Made by a program: the position numbers and the translations under genes. Under the pieces are notes generated by a model that saw nothing but the letters and a program-made list of their open reading frames with translations, was not told the origin of the DNA and made no database searches. Shown one piece after another: positions 41,710 through 55,548 of a stretch of 64,000 bases of DNA (position 1 is its first letter; each line of letters starts with the position of its first letter). This stretch comes from Octopus vulgaris (Eukaryota), in the NCBI GenBank assembly GCA_951406725.2, contig OX597823.1:108810001-108874000 (forward strand), given 5' to 3'.

Positions 41710-41789
41710 AAGGGCTGATAGAATTGTAAGCAAATAAAAACCTGCTTTCTTTTCGAACTGTCAGTATACTCTAGCAAACTCAAATGATA

Positions 41790-42096
41790 TAGTGGTTCCC
41801 AAACTTTTTCGGGCTTCTGCCCCCTTAAGACCCATGTCACATTCCTAGCGCCCCACCCCAACTAAACATTACATGCATAGACCTCTTTCTGAAGCAAATT
41901 CAAACAACTGTATTTCCCAAATAAAACTTAATCTAATGAAGCCATTATCTTGTTCCTTTTACATGAAACACCAGTCCATTATCGCCCTAATTTTTGCATG
42001 AATCACTTCCTCATTATCGGCCCACTTTTCTTCAATGCTCCCTTGATACTTTCCATCGCCTCCAGGGGTCAACACCGCCCACTTTGGGAACCACTG
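41790..42096. mobile_element. hAT/Charlie-like MITE (partial second copy at ~40975-41090)
   Basis: TIR (C/T)AGTGGTTCCCAAA and TTTGGGAACCACTG; no matching 8-bp TSD retained. Confidence 0.75.
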
Positions 42097-42854
42097 TTAG
42101 ACCAAGGTTCAATCTGATTGAACAGACGATCCAAAAACGTTCCAACCACGACCATATGTAGCACAACGTTACTTAATACGGCAATTTTAAGATTGTATAA
42201 TGGAATCTAAACACGATTTGGATGCTGGATCACCTCATCACCTCTTCTTTGTTATCTCGATAATGATGATAATGATGATGGTGGTGATGATAAAGGCAAT
42301 GATGATGGCGGTGATGGTTATAGTAGTGTTGTTGTTGATGATAATAGTGGTGGTGATGATAGTGGTGGAGTAATGTTTCTTGAAGGGGTAGTGGTTGTGA
42401 GAATGATGCTAATGGGGCGTCGTGGAAAAGTAGTGATGAGGATGATAATGATGGTGGTGTTGGTGGTAGTGATGTTGTTATCGGATGGTGATAGTATTGT
42501 GTTGTTGATGGTAGCATAATAATGATGTAGTGGTGGTGGTGGGGGTGATGGTTAGGTTCAAGTAGGTTGTAGTAGTGCTGTAGTAGTGTTAAGGATGATG
42601 GTGGTGACCATAATTATCATCGGTGGTCTGTATGTGGTCAATGGAGCAGCTAGAAATAACGACCAAATTTCACTCAAATTACAATCCTACTGACCACCTT
42701 TAAAAACTAAGACCCTTTAGCTAAAGTAATCCACTATATACTGCGTCTGATAAATGAGATGTCTAAAAATGGACTGTTTCTGATGATGTGTTGTCTGCCT
42801 GATGATGGCTGATCCATGGCTAAGCAACAAAATATCGTTTTTGTATACCAACAC

Positions 42855-43253
42855 TTTCTTTCTTTCTTTTCTTTTCTTTTACTAGTTTCAGTCATTTGAC
42901 TGCGGCCATGCTGGAGCACTGCCTTTAGTCGAGCAAATCGACCCCAGGGTTTATTCTTTGTAAGCCTAGTACTTATTCTATCGGTCTCTTTTGCTGAATT
43001 GTTAAGTTACGAGGACGTAAACACACCAGCATCGGTTGTCAAGCGATGGAGGGGGAACAAACACACACACACACACACATATATATATACGACGGGCTTC
43101 TTTCAGTTTTCGTCTACCAAATCCACTCACAAGGCTTTGGTCGGCCCGGGGCTATAGCAGAAGACACTTGCCCAAGGTGCCACGCAGTGGGACTGAACTC
43201 GGAACCATGTGGTTGGTAAACAAGCTACTTACCACACAGCCACTCCTGCGCCT
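42855..43253 (-). mobile_element. SINE family A, full length
   Basis: Near-consensus copy. Confidence 0.92.
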
Positions 43254-44091
43254 ACGGTCAATAATGAACGAAACCGCTTTCGCTTTTACCAAAGTCATAT
43301 ACATAATATAACTGGTCACGTAAATGTTGTCGTTGTTGTTGTTGCTGTTATGTAACTCTAGGTGTAGTCCTTTTCTTTCAGAAATACGAGGAAATGCCTC
43401 CTACCTATGACCACCGAATCATTTTTCTTCACATGCATCCTTATTTTCAAGAAAATAGAAGTGTTATGAAGGACACACGGTTACTATTTCTAGCATGAAA
43501 AGCAACCAGTGTGAGGATCTTTAGTTGAGCATTTATCGTACTTGTTGTTATTACTTAGACACATATGCTTAGCAACATATAGTGCTTAGCTACAATTCAG
43601 CACCATATATGATCAATGACGTTCCAATCGTGACACTCCCATCGCTTTAAAAACATATGTTATTCAATATAACCTTCGTTTTGTAAGACAGTAGGTTGTG
43701 ATTGACTGCTATTTCTAGAAAGTCGTGGAACACTTCCTGAATTTGCGTGTCATTTTGTTTGTTCGTTTTTGTCATCAATGTTTAGCCCAGGCTAGAGCTG
43801 ATTGAACAAACCTATGATGGAAGGCATTCCAGTTGTGGCCACTGTTCGGCATGTATCTGATGTGTCTATTTGTGTTTAATCGCAGATCAGCCTCGAAAAT
43901 GGTTGATCTAATGACATGGAGGCATTCCAAGCACAACTGTTTGGTCTGTGTCTGTTTGGGCCGTGTCTATTTGGTCTGCGTCTGTTTGTCTGTCGTACTT
44001 GTTTAACTCGAGGTCAGCCTTGCTTGACCAAACCTATTATTATAGACGCAGCAATCATACTATATTGTCATGCACTTGGTCAAAATATATA

Positions 44092-44403
44092 ACGATAAAC
44101 GTCGCCTTTTTCAAGGCTAGCCAGGCTCATGGGCCCGGTTTCCCGGTTTCTGTGGCGTATGTGTTCCCCCCAGCTGGACGGGACGCCAGTCCATCGCAGC
44201 GTTACTCAAGAAGCAGAAAGAGAGAGTGAGAGAAAGTTGTGGCAAAAGAGTACAACAGAGGTCACTACCACTCCCTGCTGGAACATCATGGAGCTTTTAG
44301 GTGTTTTTACTCAATAAACACACACAACGCCCGGTCTGGGAATCGAAACCGCGATCCTCCAACCGCGAGTCCGCTGTCCTAACCACTGGGCCAATGCGCC
44401 TCC
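44092..44403 (-). mobile_element. SINE family D with TSD
   Basis: Homologous to 41409-41709; 14-bp TSD GGTCAAAATATATA at 44078-44091 and 44404-44417. Confidence 0.9.
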
Positions 44404-45640
44404 GGTCAAAATATATATAAAGCCTACATTTTCCTTTAGGTCAGATTATCTCGCAATCTCAACATGTTAATTAATTTTGAGAATTTTCTTGAAATTATCT
44501 CTCTTTTTCTTTGAGAGTCACTGACGATCATTGCAGGGATTTTCCTTTTTGTTTTCTACTTTCTTTTCTGAACTAAAAGGAGAATTATATCATTCAGTTC
44601 ATCGCCCCTTGATTTATTTACTTAAATCGACGCCAGTTGTCCATTTGGGTAATTTCCCTTAGCTCATATTATTTTCATTACTTCAAGTTAAAGCATCGCC
44701 GCGACTCATTTTTAAATTTGGAGAAAACTATTTTTGAATGAGAAAACGCGAGTCAGTTTCGCCTTGCTTCACTGATGAGATAAAAAAAATCGAAACGCAT
44801 GTACTTATCTGTCATCTTCTCTGTTAACAATATTCACAATTTCCTCAAAGTCTGAATTTAGAATCAACTTAGAAAAATTAATTCCTTTTTTTTTTTATTT
44901 CAGATTCACATAAAAAAAAACCTCCAGGTTTTAATTACCTTTCTCCGATCAGAGGTAAATTTCAGCTCATTGAGATTTTTGTGGCAAAGGACTTTCAGTA
45001 CATTTCCTCTTAATTTTACCTAACAACATGACATTAGTCAAATTGAGTATTCCCCTGCTGGGTCCTTTATCTCATTTAATTTACACGCACATACTCAACA
45101 CACACAAGTCACACACAAGTCACACACACACACACACACACACGCATATACATACATATGTATATATATATATTTATATATATATATATATATATATACA
45201 CACTTATATATACATACACACACACATATACACATACACATACACGCATGTATATCAAAGTGTGTTTATGAGTACACGTGTCTTAGATATGAGACTAATG
45301 AGATAACTACAGCTGCATATTTCTTTTACAAAGTAATAACACAGGAACAGAAACTTTGAAACATTTCAATTTATGGGATAAAGACATATGGTCACCATAA
45401 GGTTGGTACGATGGTGTGAATACAGTAGGTTTGTACACGTATGTATGGTAAGGAAGTGTATATGTATCCGTGTGTGTGTGTACCTGTGTATGCGTATAAC
45501 ATACACACTCATATATATATGTATATATATATATTCATATTTATCAAAGTATATCTATTTGTCTCTTTCTCTTCCTCTTTCTGCACATACATACATACAC
45601 ACATATACTCCTGTGTATATATAAGTATATATATATATGA

Positions 45641-45725
<85 letters not shown>

Positions 45726-46371
45726 TATACAGACACAAATATATATATATATATATTAATATACACTCACATATATGTATGTATGTATATGTATGCAAAC
45801 ACACTTATACATACGTGATAAATGCATATATGTATGTGTGAGTTTTATCATGTTTCATAAAGGATTGTTAATATATCAAGTTTGTTAAATATTGATATTG
45901 CAAAAGAACAATACAACGAAATAACAAACACCACCATCACCCCACAGCCACCACCACCACCATCACCACCACCACCACCAACAACAACAGTAATAAATTA
46001 ACTTCCGAGTGCTGCAAGGAAGTATCGATTTTTCCCTGTCTAGTCACAAGACCCTTTTGTGTAAAGGGGGTGTGGTCGTGTTGAATTGAATCTATTTCAC
46101 TAATTTACTTGTACATGTATTTTTTTCATCAATCTCCAGAGAGCTGAGAGCCAAAGTCAGCTCCCTGTGGGATTTGAACTTTGAAATGTGAGATATCAAA
46201 TTAGATATAATGAAACTTAAATATGTCTATCTCACTCTGTTTTACTACCTCTCTCTCCCTCTCTCTCTCCCTCTCTCGTGCTTTTACTTTACTTTCCATG
46301 TCCTTTATACACACACACATATACATATATAAATGCATACATATATATACATATATATGTTCATATTTGTT

Positions 46372-46405
<34 letters not shown>

Positions 46406-46432
46406 TATATCTATATATCTGTATGTGTGTGC

Positions 46433-46465
<33 letters not shown>

Positions 46466-46539
46466 TGTATGTATGTACGTATGTATCTATCATCCTTTCT
46501 GTTTCTCTCCCTCTGTCTGTCTGTCTTTCTACACACACA

Positions 46540-46571
<32 letters not shown>

Positions 46572-46629
46572 TAAAAGTAAACACTCGTATACACTTATAT
46601 ATATAAACATTCACTTACATATCTATCTT

Positions 46630-46633
46630 TTTA

Positions 46634-46681
<48 letters not shown>

Positions 46682-46739
46682 GCTATCTATCTATCTATCT
46701 ATGTATGTATGTATGTATGTATGTATGTATGTATGTATG

Positions 46740-46782
<43 letters not shown>

Positions 46783-46900
46783 GTATCTATGTATGTATGT
46801 ATGTATGTATGTATGTATGTATGTATGTATCTATCTATCTATCTATTTGTCTATCTATCTGTCTATCTATCTATATATATACATACATAATACATACATA
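46630..46900. repeat. Alternating (TCTA)n/(TGTA)n array
   Basis: Directly visible. Confidence 0.95.
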
Positions 46901-48295
46901 CATACGTACATGCACTCACACTCACGCTTATCTGTTCTTTTACTTTCTCTTTCCCTCTGCCTATATGAGTGAATGGAATATCTATATAACTATTTGTGTA
47001 AGCATTTACATGTTGGTGTTCACCTCTCTCACTCCCACTCTCCTTCAATGCATATATATATAAACATACATACACTTACGTGCATAGACATACTTCTTCA
47101 ATTTGCGCATTTGTTTATCTCAATATATATGTTGAAAGGCTACCTGGCTCTCGCTCTAGTTTTCTATATTTTATTTCATTTTATTTTATAAATATTCTCA
47201 TTTAATATAGTGCTTATCTTTTGAAAAATTCTATTCACCAAAACAGAAATTCATCATTTGATGAAAGTATAAGAAGTATACTAAAGCATAAAAAAAAGTG
47301 TTTGTGTATAAAGAACCTCAAAAATATTTTCAATATTTAAAATAAATTCTGTAAAATACGTTTTTTTTTCTATTTGGCATCTCTTGGAAATTGACGGTGT
47401 ACACGCTTTGAGCCATTAAAGGTAACTTGTAAACAAACTGGGCTGTGTTGGTTCACAACTAGATCAATACAGTGATCCTTTATGTGGTTGTCTGCAGGAA
47501 TTTCTACATTATAGAAGGACATATTGTATTATGCTGTTCAAATTGGACTATATACTTGTAGCGGATCTTGCATGCATGAAGTGGATTCGATCCACCATAG
47601 CCAAATTTAAATTAACACTGCAACAGAACTTTTCCCACGATTGAACAATGGTTTTTCTGTGACAGCAGTTTTACATTTTCCAGATGCCTTTAGCTAGGCT
47701 GAAATAATGTCTTCACCACTTGACCCTTTCTAACCTCTTCTACTTCACCAAAAGCTAGAATAGATAACAAGACCTCCAACTAAATCTAATCTTTATATAA
47801 GCAAGCACACACCAAGCAAAAATCAGTCAGTCACATCGTGACGACTCAATGAGGTCTGGCTGACCAACCTTGGTCAGAGAGAGAAATGAAGTTTACTGTC
47901 AGACAACACCCAACACTTCAATCTAGCTCTAATTCTGTTCTCTTACAACATCGTTCTATCTGTCTCAGCAATTACTACTAAACAATGAAGAGAACCCAAA
48001 CTCAAACATTCTACCGCATCTAACTTTCGCATGCTTTTGGATTTATCAACCTGTCCGTCGAGGCAAGGTATTGTAACGTAACGGTAAATAAATATTTCCT
48101 TAAAACTTCATACATTGTTCATCTTACACATATTACAACTTGCCGTTTTAATAACAAACTCTTATCGTCACAACTGTTGCTGACAACATCATCATAATAA
48201 TGTGTACCAAATCAATTTTCGCCGTAACATACTTACAGTTGATGAATGTGAAGGAAAAAACATTGCTGATGATCTTTGCCAGGCCTGAAACGCAG

Positions 48296-48535
48296 GTAAG
48301 CCTGATGCTGTTCAGGTGCTGTTTAAATTGTGCAGGTCAAGACCAGCAGAACATATACGAGGAGGTCAAAGATTGTGGAGGGCTGATATTCAGGGGGTTT
48401 ATGAACTGAGTATTGTGATAGTGCGATGCTGAGTCGCTTTGGATGCAACAAGTGTCTTGAGAAGTGGTGTGAAATGAGTGAGCCAAAACCGGCTAAGTGG
48501 AAATGATACAGGATCAACCAATTCTGAAGAACACT
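48296..48535 (-). pseudogene. Very old LINE 3' remnant (Jockey-like)
   Basis: CSSEL and FKQHLNSI resemble the Jockey ORF2 tail; weak evidence. Confidence 0.4.
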
Positions 48536-48555
48536 CAACATTATATTAGAGATAA

Positions 48556-48750
48556 GATGGTGGCGAGCAGGCAGCATCGTTTGCGCGCCGGACAAAATGC
48601 TTAGTTCTGAGTTCAAATTCCGCTGAAGTCGACTTTACCGTTCATCCTTTCGTGGTCGATAAAATAAGTACCAGTTAAACATTGGGGTCGATTTAATCGA
48701 CTATCCACCTCCATTATTTCAGGCCTTGCGCCTATAGTAGAAAGGATTAT
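48556..48750 (+). mobile_element. SINE family B
   Basis: GGCGAGCAGGCAG head, TTCATCCTTTCGTGGTCGATAAAATAAGTACCAG core and GTAGAAAGGATTAT tail. Confidence 0.85.
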
Positions 48751-49024
48751 ATAAAAGATAGAAATGATTGAGAAAAGTACGTCGGTGAGCTACACCGTGT
48801 CTATTGGTGATTTAATACTGATCAGTTGATTAGCTTTTCTCTGGACGTGGTCTAGAATGTCTGTGTGAATAAAACCACCTGCATCCCGGATGTGGATGCA
48901 GTATTCTATTATCAGCCTCACATGAGCCTTATAGAGTTAACAATTGTTGGGTTGACCTTGAAGAGGACTGTTAGTTTGGAAGATGGTCCTTGCGGTGTTA
49001 AGAATGTGCTTTCGATATCAGAGA

Positions 49025-49306
49025 TCAAACATTTTTTCACGCTAAGAGTTGCTGAAGCATGGAACAAACTGCCAGCATCAGTTGTTAGTTGTGGGAGCAC
49101 TGCATCCTTCAAAACTTCCATACTTCTTGAGATTTGCCAACACTACACCTGATTTTCTCCCCTCCATACACACGCAAGCGTGTATCTGACTCATACACTG
49201 TTCGCTTTCCAGACATTTATACATTACTGCATATGCTTTATACGCACTTTTGACAAGTCGTGGTACTCCTGAGGACTGTATACAATAATTTCATTATTAT
49301 ATTATT
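49025..49306 (+). pseudogene. CR1-like LINE 3' end (5'-truncated)
   Basis: HFFTLRVAEAWNKLPASVVS...SFK (FFxxRVxxxWNxLP motif), followed by a stop, 3' UTR and (ATT)n tail. Confidence 0.85.
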
Positions 49307-49615
49307 GATGACAGTGTTGGTATGTAACTGAAATAGCGGGATCCTCAGAACATCTTTGATCATAGAGCTACTCAACAAGAAACCACTTGGAGCGAAACGA
49401 CAACAACCAAGTGAACGTAAATGTTTAATACATGAAGAATAAGATTGAATTGCACTAAATATTATTGAAGTATATTACAGTACGGTACACTATAGCCAGT
49501 GGTCATTCGCAAACCCGTATAACTTGGAAGAATATACCATGCTTTTGTTAATTTTTTTATGTATTTTATGGGCTTGGAGATGTACAAACCTTTTCGGTCC
49601 TCTTACACTTAACCT

Positions 49616-49720
<105 letters not shown>

Positions 49721-49739
49721 TGAGCCAGCAGTTAGCTAG

Positions 49740-49885
49740 TACTTATTTCAGCAGAATAAACTGGAGCGCCGCAAAAATAAAATTTTTTTTGCTCAAGGAC
49801 ACAACTTACCGCCTGGTCCAGGAATCGAACTCAGAACCCTATGATCATAAGACTGAGACATTAACCACTAGGCCATGCACCTTCA
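49740..49885 (-). mobile_element. CORE-type SINE 5' fragment
   Basis: Minus-strand tRNA head (TGGCCTAGTGGTT...GTTCGATTCC) followed by GTGTCCTTGAGCAA. Confidence 0.7.
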
Positions 49886-50016
49886 CGCTCACACATACAT
49901 CTGCACGCACACACACACACATAAGCGCGCGCGTACACACACACATTGTTGGTAATTTGTTTACAAAAGTAATATTGTTTCGATTCTCAATGACCATATT
50001 CATAATATTTACAATT

Positions 50017-50385
50017 AGGCGTAGACCTGGCTGTTTGGTAAGAAGCTTGCTTCCCAACCACATGGCTCCGGGTTCAGTCCCACTGCGTATCACTTTGGGA
50101 AAGAGACTTCTATTGTAGCCTTGGGCCAATCAAAATCTTGTGAGTGGATTTGATAGACGGAAACTGAAAGCCCGTCTTATATGTATATAAGTATATATCT
50201 ATGCGTGTCTGTTTTTGTCTTTGTGCCTGTTTGTCCCCAGCCACTAGTTGACAACCGGTGCTGGCGTGTTTACGTCCTCGTAACTTAACGGTACTGCAAA
50301 AGAGACCGATAGACGAAGTACTAGGCTTAAAAAAATAAAGTCCACGAGTCGATTTGTTCGACTAAAGGTGGTGCTCCAGCATGGC
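50017..50385 (+). mobile_element. SINE family A, diverged and 3'-truncated
   Basis: Family A match. Confidence 0.85.
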
Positions 50386-50438
50386 ATGAGGCACCACCTC
50401 CCCCAAAAGTTCGGGCTCCTGTGCTTATAGCAGTAAAG

Positions 50439-50594
<156 letters not shown>

Positions 50595-50597
50595 ATC

Positions 50598-50815
50598 ACT
50601 TGTTTCAGGACCTTAGGCTGCGGCACTGCTGTAAGTTTTAGTTGAATGAACCAACCCCAGTTCTTATTATATTTAAGCTTGGTAGTTGTCATATCGGTCT
50701 CTTTGCCGAGCGGATAAGTTACGAGGACATAAACCCACCAACACCGTTTGCGAACCTGTGGTAGGGCCAAACAGACATAAAAACACGCCCCACCACAACC
50801 AAACACACACACACA
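50598..50815 (-). mobile_element. SINE family A 3' half, diverged
   Basis: ACTTGTTTCAG...TATCGGTCTCTTTGCCGAGC...TAAGTTACGAGGAC. Confidence 0.7.
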
Positions 50816-50875
50816 GAGGATTAACACTGAAGTGTCCTCTGGTGTGGCAGAAATATAATATATCTCCTTCATTGA

Positions 50876-51052
50876 CCGGGCGATGCTTTGTGTTCTTGAG
50901 CAAGACACTCCACTTCACGTTTCTCCAGTCCAGTCAGCTGACAAAAATGAGTAATTCTGTGACGGAACGGCGTCGCGTCCAGTGGGAAATACATACACCA
51001 TTGAAACCGGGAAACCGGCCCTCATAAGCCTGGCATGGCTCAAGAAGGAATC
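50876..51052 (+). mobile_element. CORE-type SINE fragment with a family D tail
   Basis: GTTCTTGAGCAAGACACT..CCAGTCCAGTCAGCTG core joined to the GAAACCGGGAAACCGGCCC..ATAAGCC tail. Confidence 0.7.
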
Positions 51053-51058
51053 ATTTAT

Positions 51059-51451
51059 AAGGCGGCGAGCTGGCAGAACCGTTAGCACGCCGGGCGAAAT
51101 GCTAAGCGGTATTTCGTCTGTCTTTATGTTCCGAGTTCACATTCCGCCGAGGTCGACTTTGCCTTTCATCCTTTCGGGGTCGATAAATTAAGCACTGGGG
51201 CCGATGTAACCGACTTAATCCGTTTGTCTGTCCTTGTTTGTCCCCTCTGTGTTTAGACCCTTGTGGGTAGTAAAGAAATAGGTATTTCGTCTGACTTTAC
51301 GTTCTGAGTTCAAATTCCGCCGAGGTCGACTTTGCTTTTCCTCCTTTCGGGGTCGATAAATTAAGCACCAGCTGCGTACTGAAGTCGATAAAATCGACTG
51401 ATCCGCTCCCCCCAAAATTTCGGGCCGTGTGCCTAGAGTAGAAAAGAACAT
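51059..51451 (+). mobile_element. Dimeric SINE family B
   Basis: Full head plus core, an alternative tail, then a second B-box, core and standard tail. Confidence 0.85.
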
Positions 51452-52235
51452 ATCTTTTTCATTCTTTCCTTCTCGCCTCCCTCCCTCTCTCTCTCTAAAT
51501 GATATTCTTATATTTTGTATGCCGTGATCCAGAAGTTCTGTTACGATTCTGTGTAAAAGATATACATCACTTCTTGCCTAAGTTTGCTTGACTGACAATG
51601 GATTCAATGCTTAGTTCATGCTTGAGTGAGCATCAGTAGAAAAGGCATCCGGCTTTAAGAATAATCGTCTTGATTGCTTCAACACGCTCTCATCTAACTG
51701 ATAACGGCAGAGAAAATGGATGTATGACTACAAAAATAAATTGAATAAATAAATAAACATTAAAAGAAATAAAGAAATGTAAAATCTTTAAAGTTGTAAA
51801 AAGGGGGCAATAGTTGGGTCGGAGAGATTATATATTCTTTTTATTCACTGTAAGAATTCAGTTACGATGTAACACTTTTAAAAATTGTGAAGTCGTTAAA
51901 AGACGCGATCGTAATTTTCGCTTTGAGTTATATAAATTTATAGATTTAAAAGTTATGTATTTCCTTCGCATTTTTTCTATATTTCTTTATTTCTTTTTAA
52001 AAGTTCTAAGCAGCAACATTTTACGATCTCTCTCTAGAAATGAAAACTTATATCCGCGAACACTCAGAATTTGATGATAATAAAATTGAAGAACGTAAAC
52101 AGAAATTTTAGTAATTCATCTGAAGGTTTCAAAGAAATTCATTTCACTCCTTCTTAATATATTCACATCTTCCTAATAGCGCAGTCTTTCAAATTTCATA
52201 TTCTTGCTGACGATGCAATTGTTGCTTGATGCCAC

Positions 52236-52294
<59 letters not shown>

Positions 52295-52433
52295 ATCATC
52301 ATCATTATCATCATCATCATTATTATTATTATATTATTATTATTATTATTATTATTATTACTACCATCATCATCGTCATCATCATCATCATCATCATGGT
52401 CGTTGTTATTATTATTATTATTATTATTATTAA

Positions 52434-52507
<74 letters not shown>

Positions 52508-52509
52508 TA

Positions 52510-52595
<86 letters not shown>

Positions 52596-52610
52596 ATTAT
52601 TATTATTACT
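52236..52610. repeat. (ATT)n/(CAT)n field
   Basis: Directly visible. Confidence 0.95.
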
Positions 52611-53209
52611 CGTTGTTGTTTTTGTTGATATCATTGTTGTTAAGGTGGTTTGCGAATGGATATGTTGTTGCTCTTACTGATATCACAGGTGTTGCCGCTG
52701 CTGCTGCTGCTGCTGCCGCTATTCTTATTTGCAGTTTAGTATCTGAATGATGGAGAAGAGGCAGGGTAGCGGAGTGGGGGTGGGTGGGTAATGTTCGGAG
52801 GAATAAAACTTCAGAATCTTCAGAAATGTTTAATACAAAATACACATCATCTTGTTCTTCTTGTTCTTGATGTTGTTATTGATGACTATGATGATGGTGA
52901 TGATGATGGTGATAATGGTGGTGGTGGTGGCGATGATCTTCATGATAATGATGGGGGAGGAAAGCGAAGATGGTAATAGTGTTCACAGCAGATGTCGCTG
53001 CTGTTGCTTCTACAATTGTTATTGTTGTTGTTGCTGTTCTTGTCACTGTAGCCTCTGCTGCTGTTGTTGCTGTAATTGCTGCTGCTGCTGATGATGATGG
53101 TGATGATGAGGTTGGTGATTATGATAGTGATGGAGAAAATATAATATTGGATTTTGATAAAATGTTATCATTGATATGTTTCTTCCTTGTTTGCCATCAT
53201 TTATTATCA

Positions 53210-53628
53210 TTGAGTGAGAGAGCAGTGCATCAAAGTGACACTGGGGTAAAATATACGAAGCCCAGTATAACCATCATGACTACCCGTCTGATAAGGGTAC
53301 ATTAGGCACATGCATCACAACCATATGCGAGCGACATGGTGTTCTCATATCAAGATGAACAGCGCATGACCTTGCAGGTGGGGCCCTGTTAGAATTTTCT
53401 TTTGGTCGAGTAGCCCATCCAGCTCAAAAGGTCCCTGAATAAGGATTGTCTAAAGATGTTGAACGAACCACCCATGCTTCCAAAAGTTAATTATCCAAAC
53501 CTCCAAGAATTCCTGTCAACACACGGCTATGATGCTCTCCCGCCACTTCTACTCATGCACATAGATGCACAGATCATCAGCCACTAAGGGACATGCTCAA
53601 CTGGTTAAGGTCAAACAACTGACAAGCA
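53210..53628. mobile_element. ~420-bp probable interspersed repeat embedded in (ATT)n
   Basis: Sharp-edged higher-GC block with an ATT/CAT-rich left flank and a long (ATT)n right flank; no ORF. Confidence 0.45.
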
Positions 53629-53704
<76 letters not shown>

Positions 53705-55366
53705 TTCATTATTATTATTATTATCATTATTATTATTATTATGATGATTATGATGTGGATACTTTCTATGCCGCTTAAATCCTTTAAATAGTTGTTAATA
53801 TTGTTGTTCATGTATAAGGTTTCACTGCAACCATTCACTTCACCAATACTTCTTGTACTCTCCTTGTTTCATTACGCACCTTACGAAAACTAACTTGAAA
53901 GATTAACACATAACTAAATTCCGTCTCCAAGACGGTAATTATGGTGAAGTTCTTTGAAGACGGAATTTACAACAGAAGCAACGTTTTTGCGCTGCTTTTT
54001 TTTCGTGCACGAATTTTTCTTTTCTAGACATTTTAAAATGTTTGTTTTGCTTTCCAGTTTTATTTTTTTTATTACTTTGAAAAGATGTTTTTTACGATTT
54101 AAAAAAATGATATATATATATATAATTTTTTTTACCGAAATATCTTCCTTTTATTTATGTTTCTGATTATATTTAATTTCATCATTGTTAATATTTCTGT
54201 GGCTTGCAGAAAGTATTTCATATCTAATTGTTCAAAGTGCAAAATAGAGAAATAGAAAGAAAATAAATAAATAAGTAAATAAACAAATAAAGGAAAGGAA
54301 AAGAATTTCATGCGTAAGTATAGACATTTTTTCATTCAAATTTTGAAGTACTGCAGTAACTGCACACAGAGACACACCCTTAGACAAGCTAAAAATAATG
54401 ACGTTAATAAAAAGAAACATAAATAAAAAATTCGTTGCAGAAAACATTGAAGTAGAGATTCTTGAAGAAAAAAAAGGAAGAAAGAAAATGTCCTTAAACC
54501 GAAACTAAGAATTGTATTGGAAAGTTTGAAAAAGATATTTAAAAAAAAACAATTATGCATCAAATAAATATAATGCATATGGATGTCGTTTATGACTGTC
54601 TATACATATATACACATATATGCATATGTGTATGAACATACACGCATAAATATATACATGTACTTATATGTGTATATGTATTATAATACAATGTATATGT
54701 GTATATATCTATACATACACACATATATTAAACACGCACATATACACACGTATAAGCACACATATGTATCATTGATACGTACGTATATATGCGTGTGTAT
54801 ATATGTGAGTACACGCGTTTAACAGTGACACCGCATAACTGTATCTGTAGTCTTGTGTAAGTGCGATTTTGCATAATGAAATACAATGAATGTGGGGAGT
54901 GTGAAGATGAAAAAGAAAAGAGGAGGAAGAATAAGAAGGAGAGGAAGAAGTGAAAAAAAAACATGTAACATTTTTTTGTTATCGTGTAAAAATACAGACG
55001 TTTTTAAATAGTGGCCTTAAAGCAAAATGAAATCGTGAGCAACAGGGGGAGATCATCACCATATTGGGATCCACCGAACAATAATAGAAGTAGAAGGATT
55101 AATAACAACAACAAAAATTGCAATGACTGTGATGAAGAAAATATGAACAACAAAAATAAAAATAACAACAATTATAGCAAAGTGAACAATGACAAAAGCA
55201 ACAAAAATGGCTGTTATGATAAAGGGAGAGAAAAAAAAATAAAATAAGAAAACTTAGAATAATTTTTGAAAATTCATTGAAGAATAAGAATGTAAGAAAC
55301 ACTCACAGACATACGTAGGCATTTACGTGATTTGTGTGTGGTGTTCAAATATATATATATGAATGC

Positions 55367-55400
<34 letters not shown>

Positions 55401-55478
55401 GTATGTATATGCGTATTTGTATGTATATATGTACATATATATGTATAAATACACACATATATGCATATATATATACAT

Positions 55479-55548
<70 letters not shown>

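Noticed and set aside
44772-44803. CTGATGA-GAT-A7-ATC-GAAAC-GCAT-GTA hammerhead core
   Set aside because: The core and helix II are present but helix I cannot form (CTTCA versus CTTAT); probably a decayed copy.
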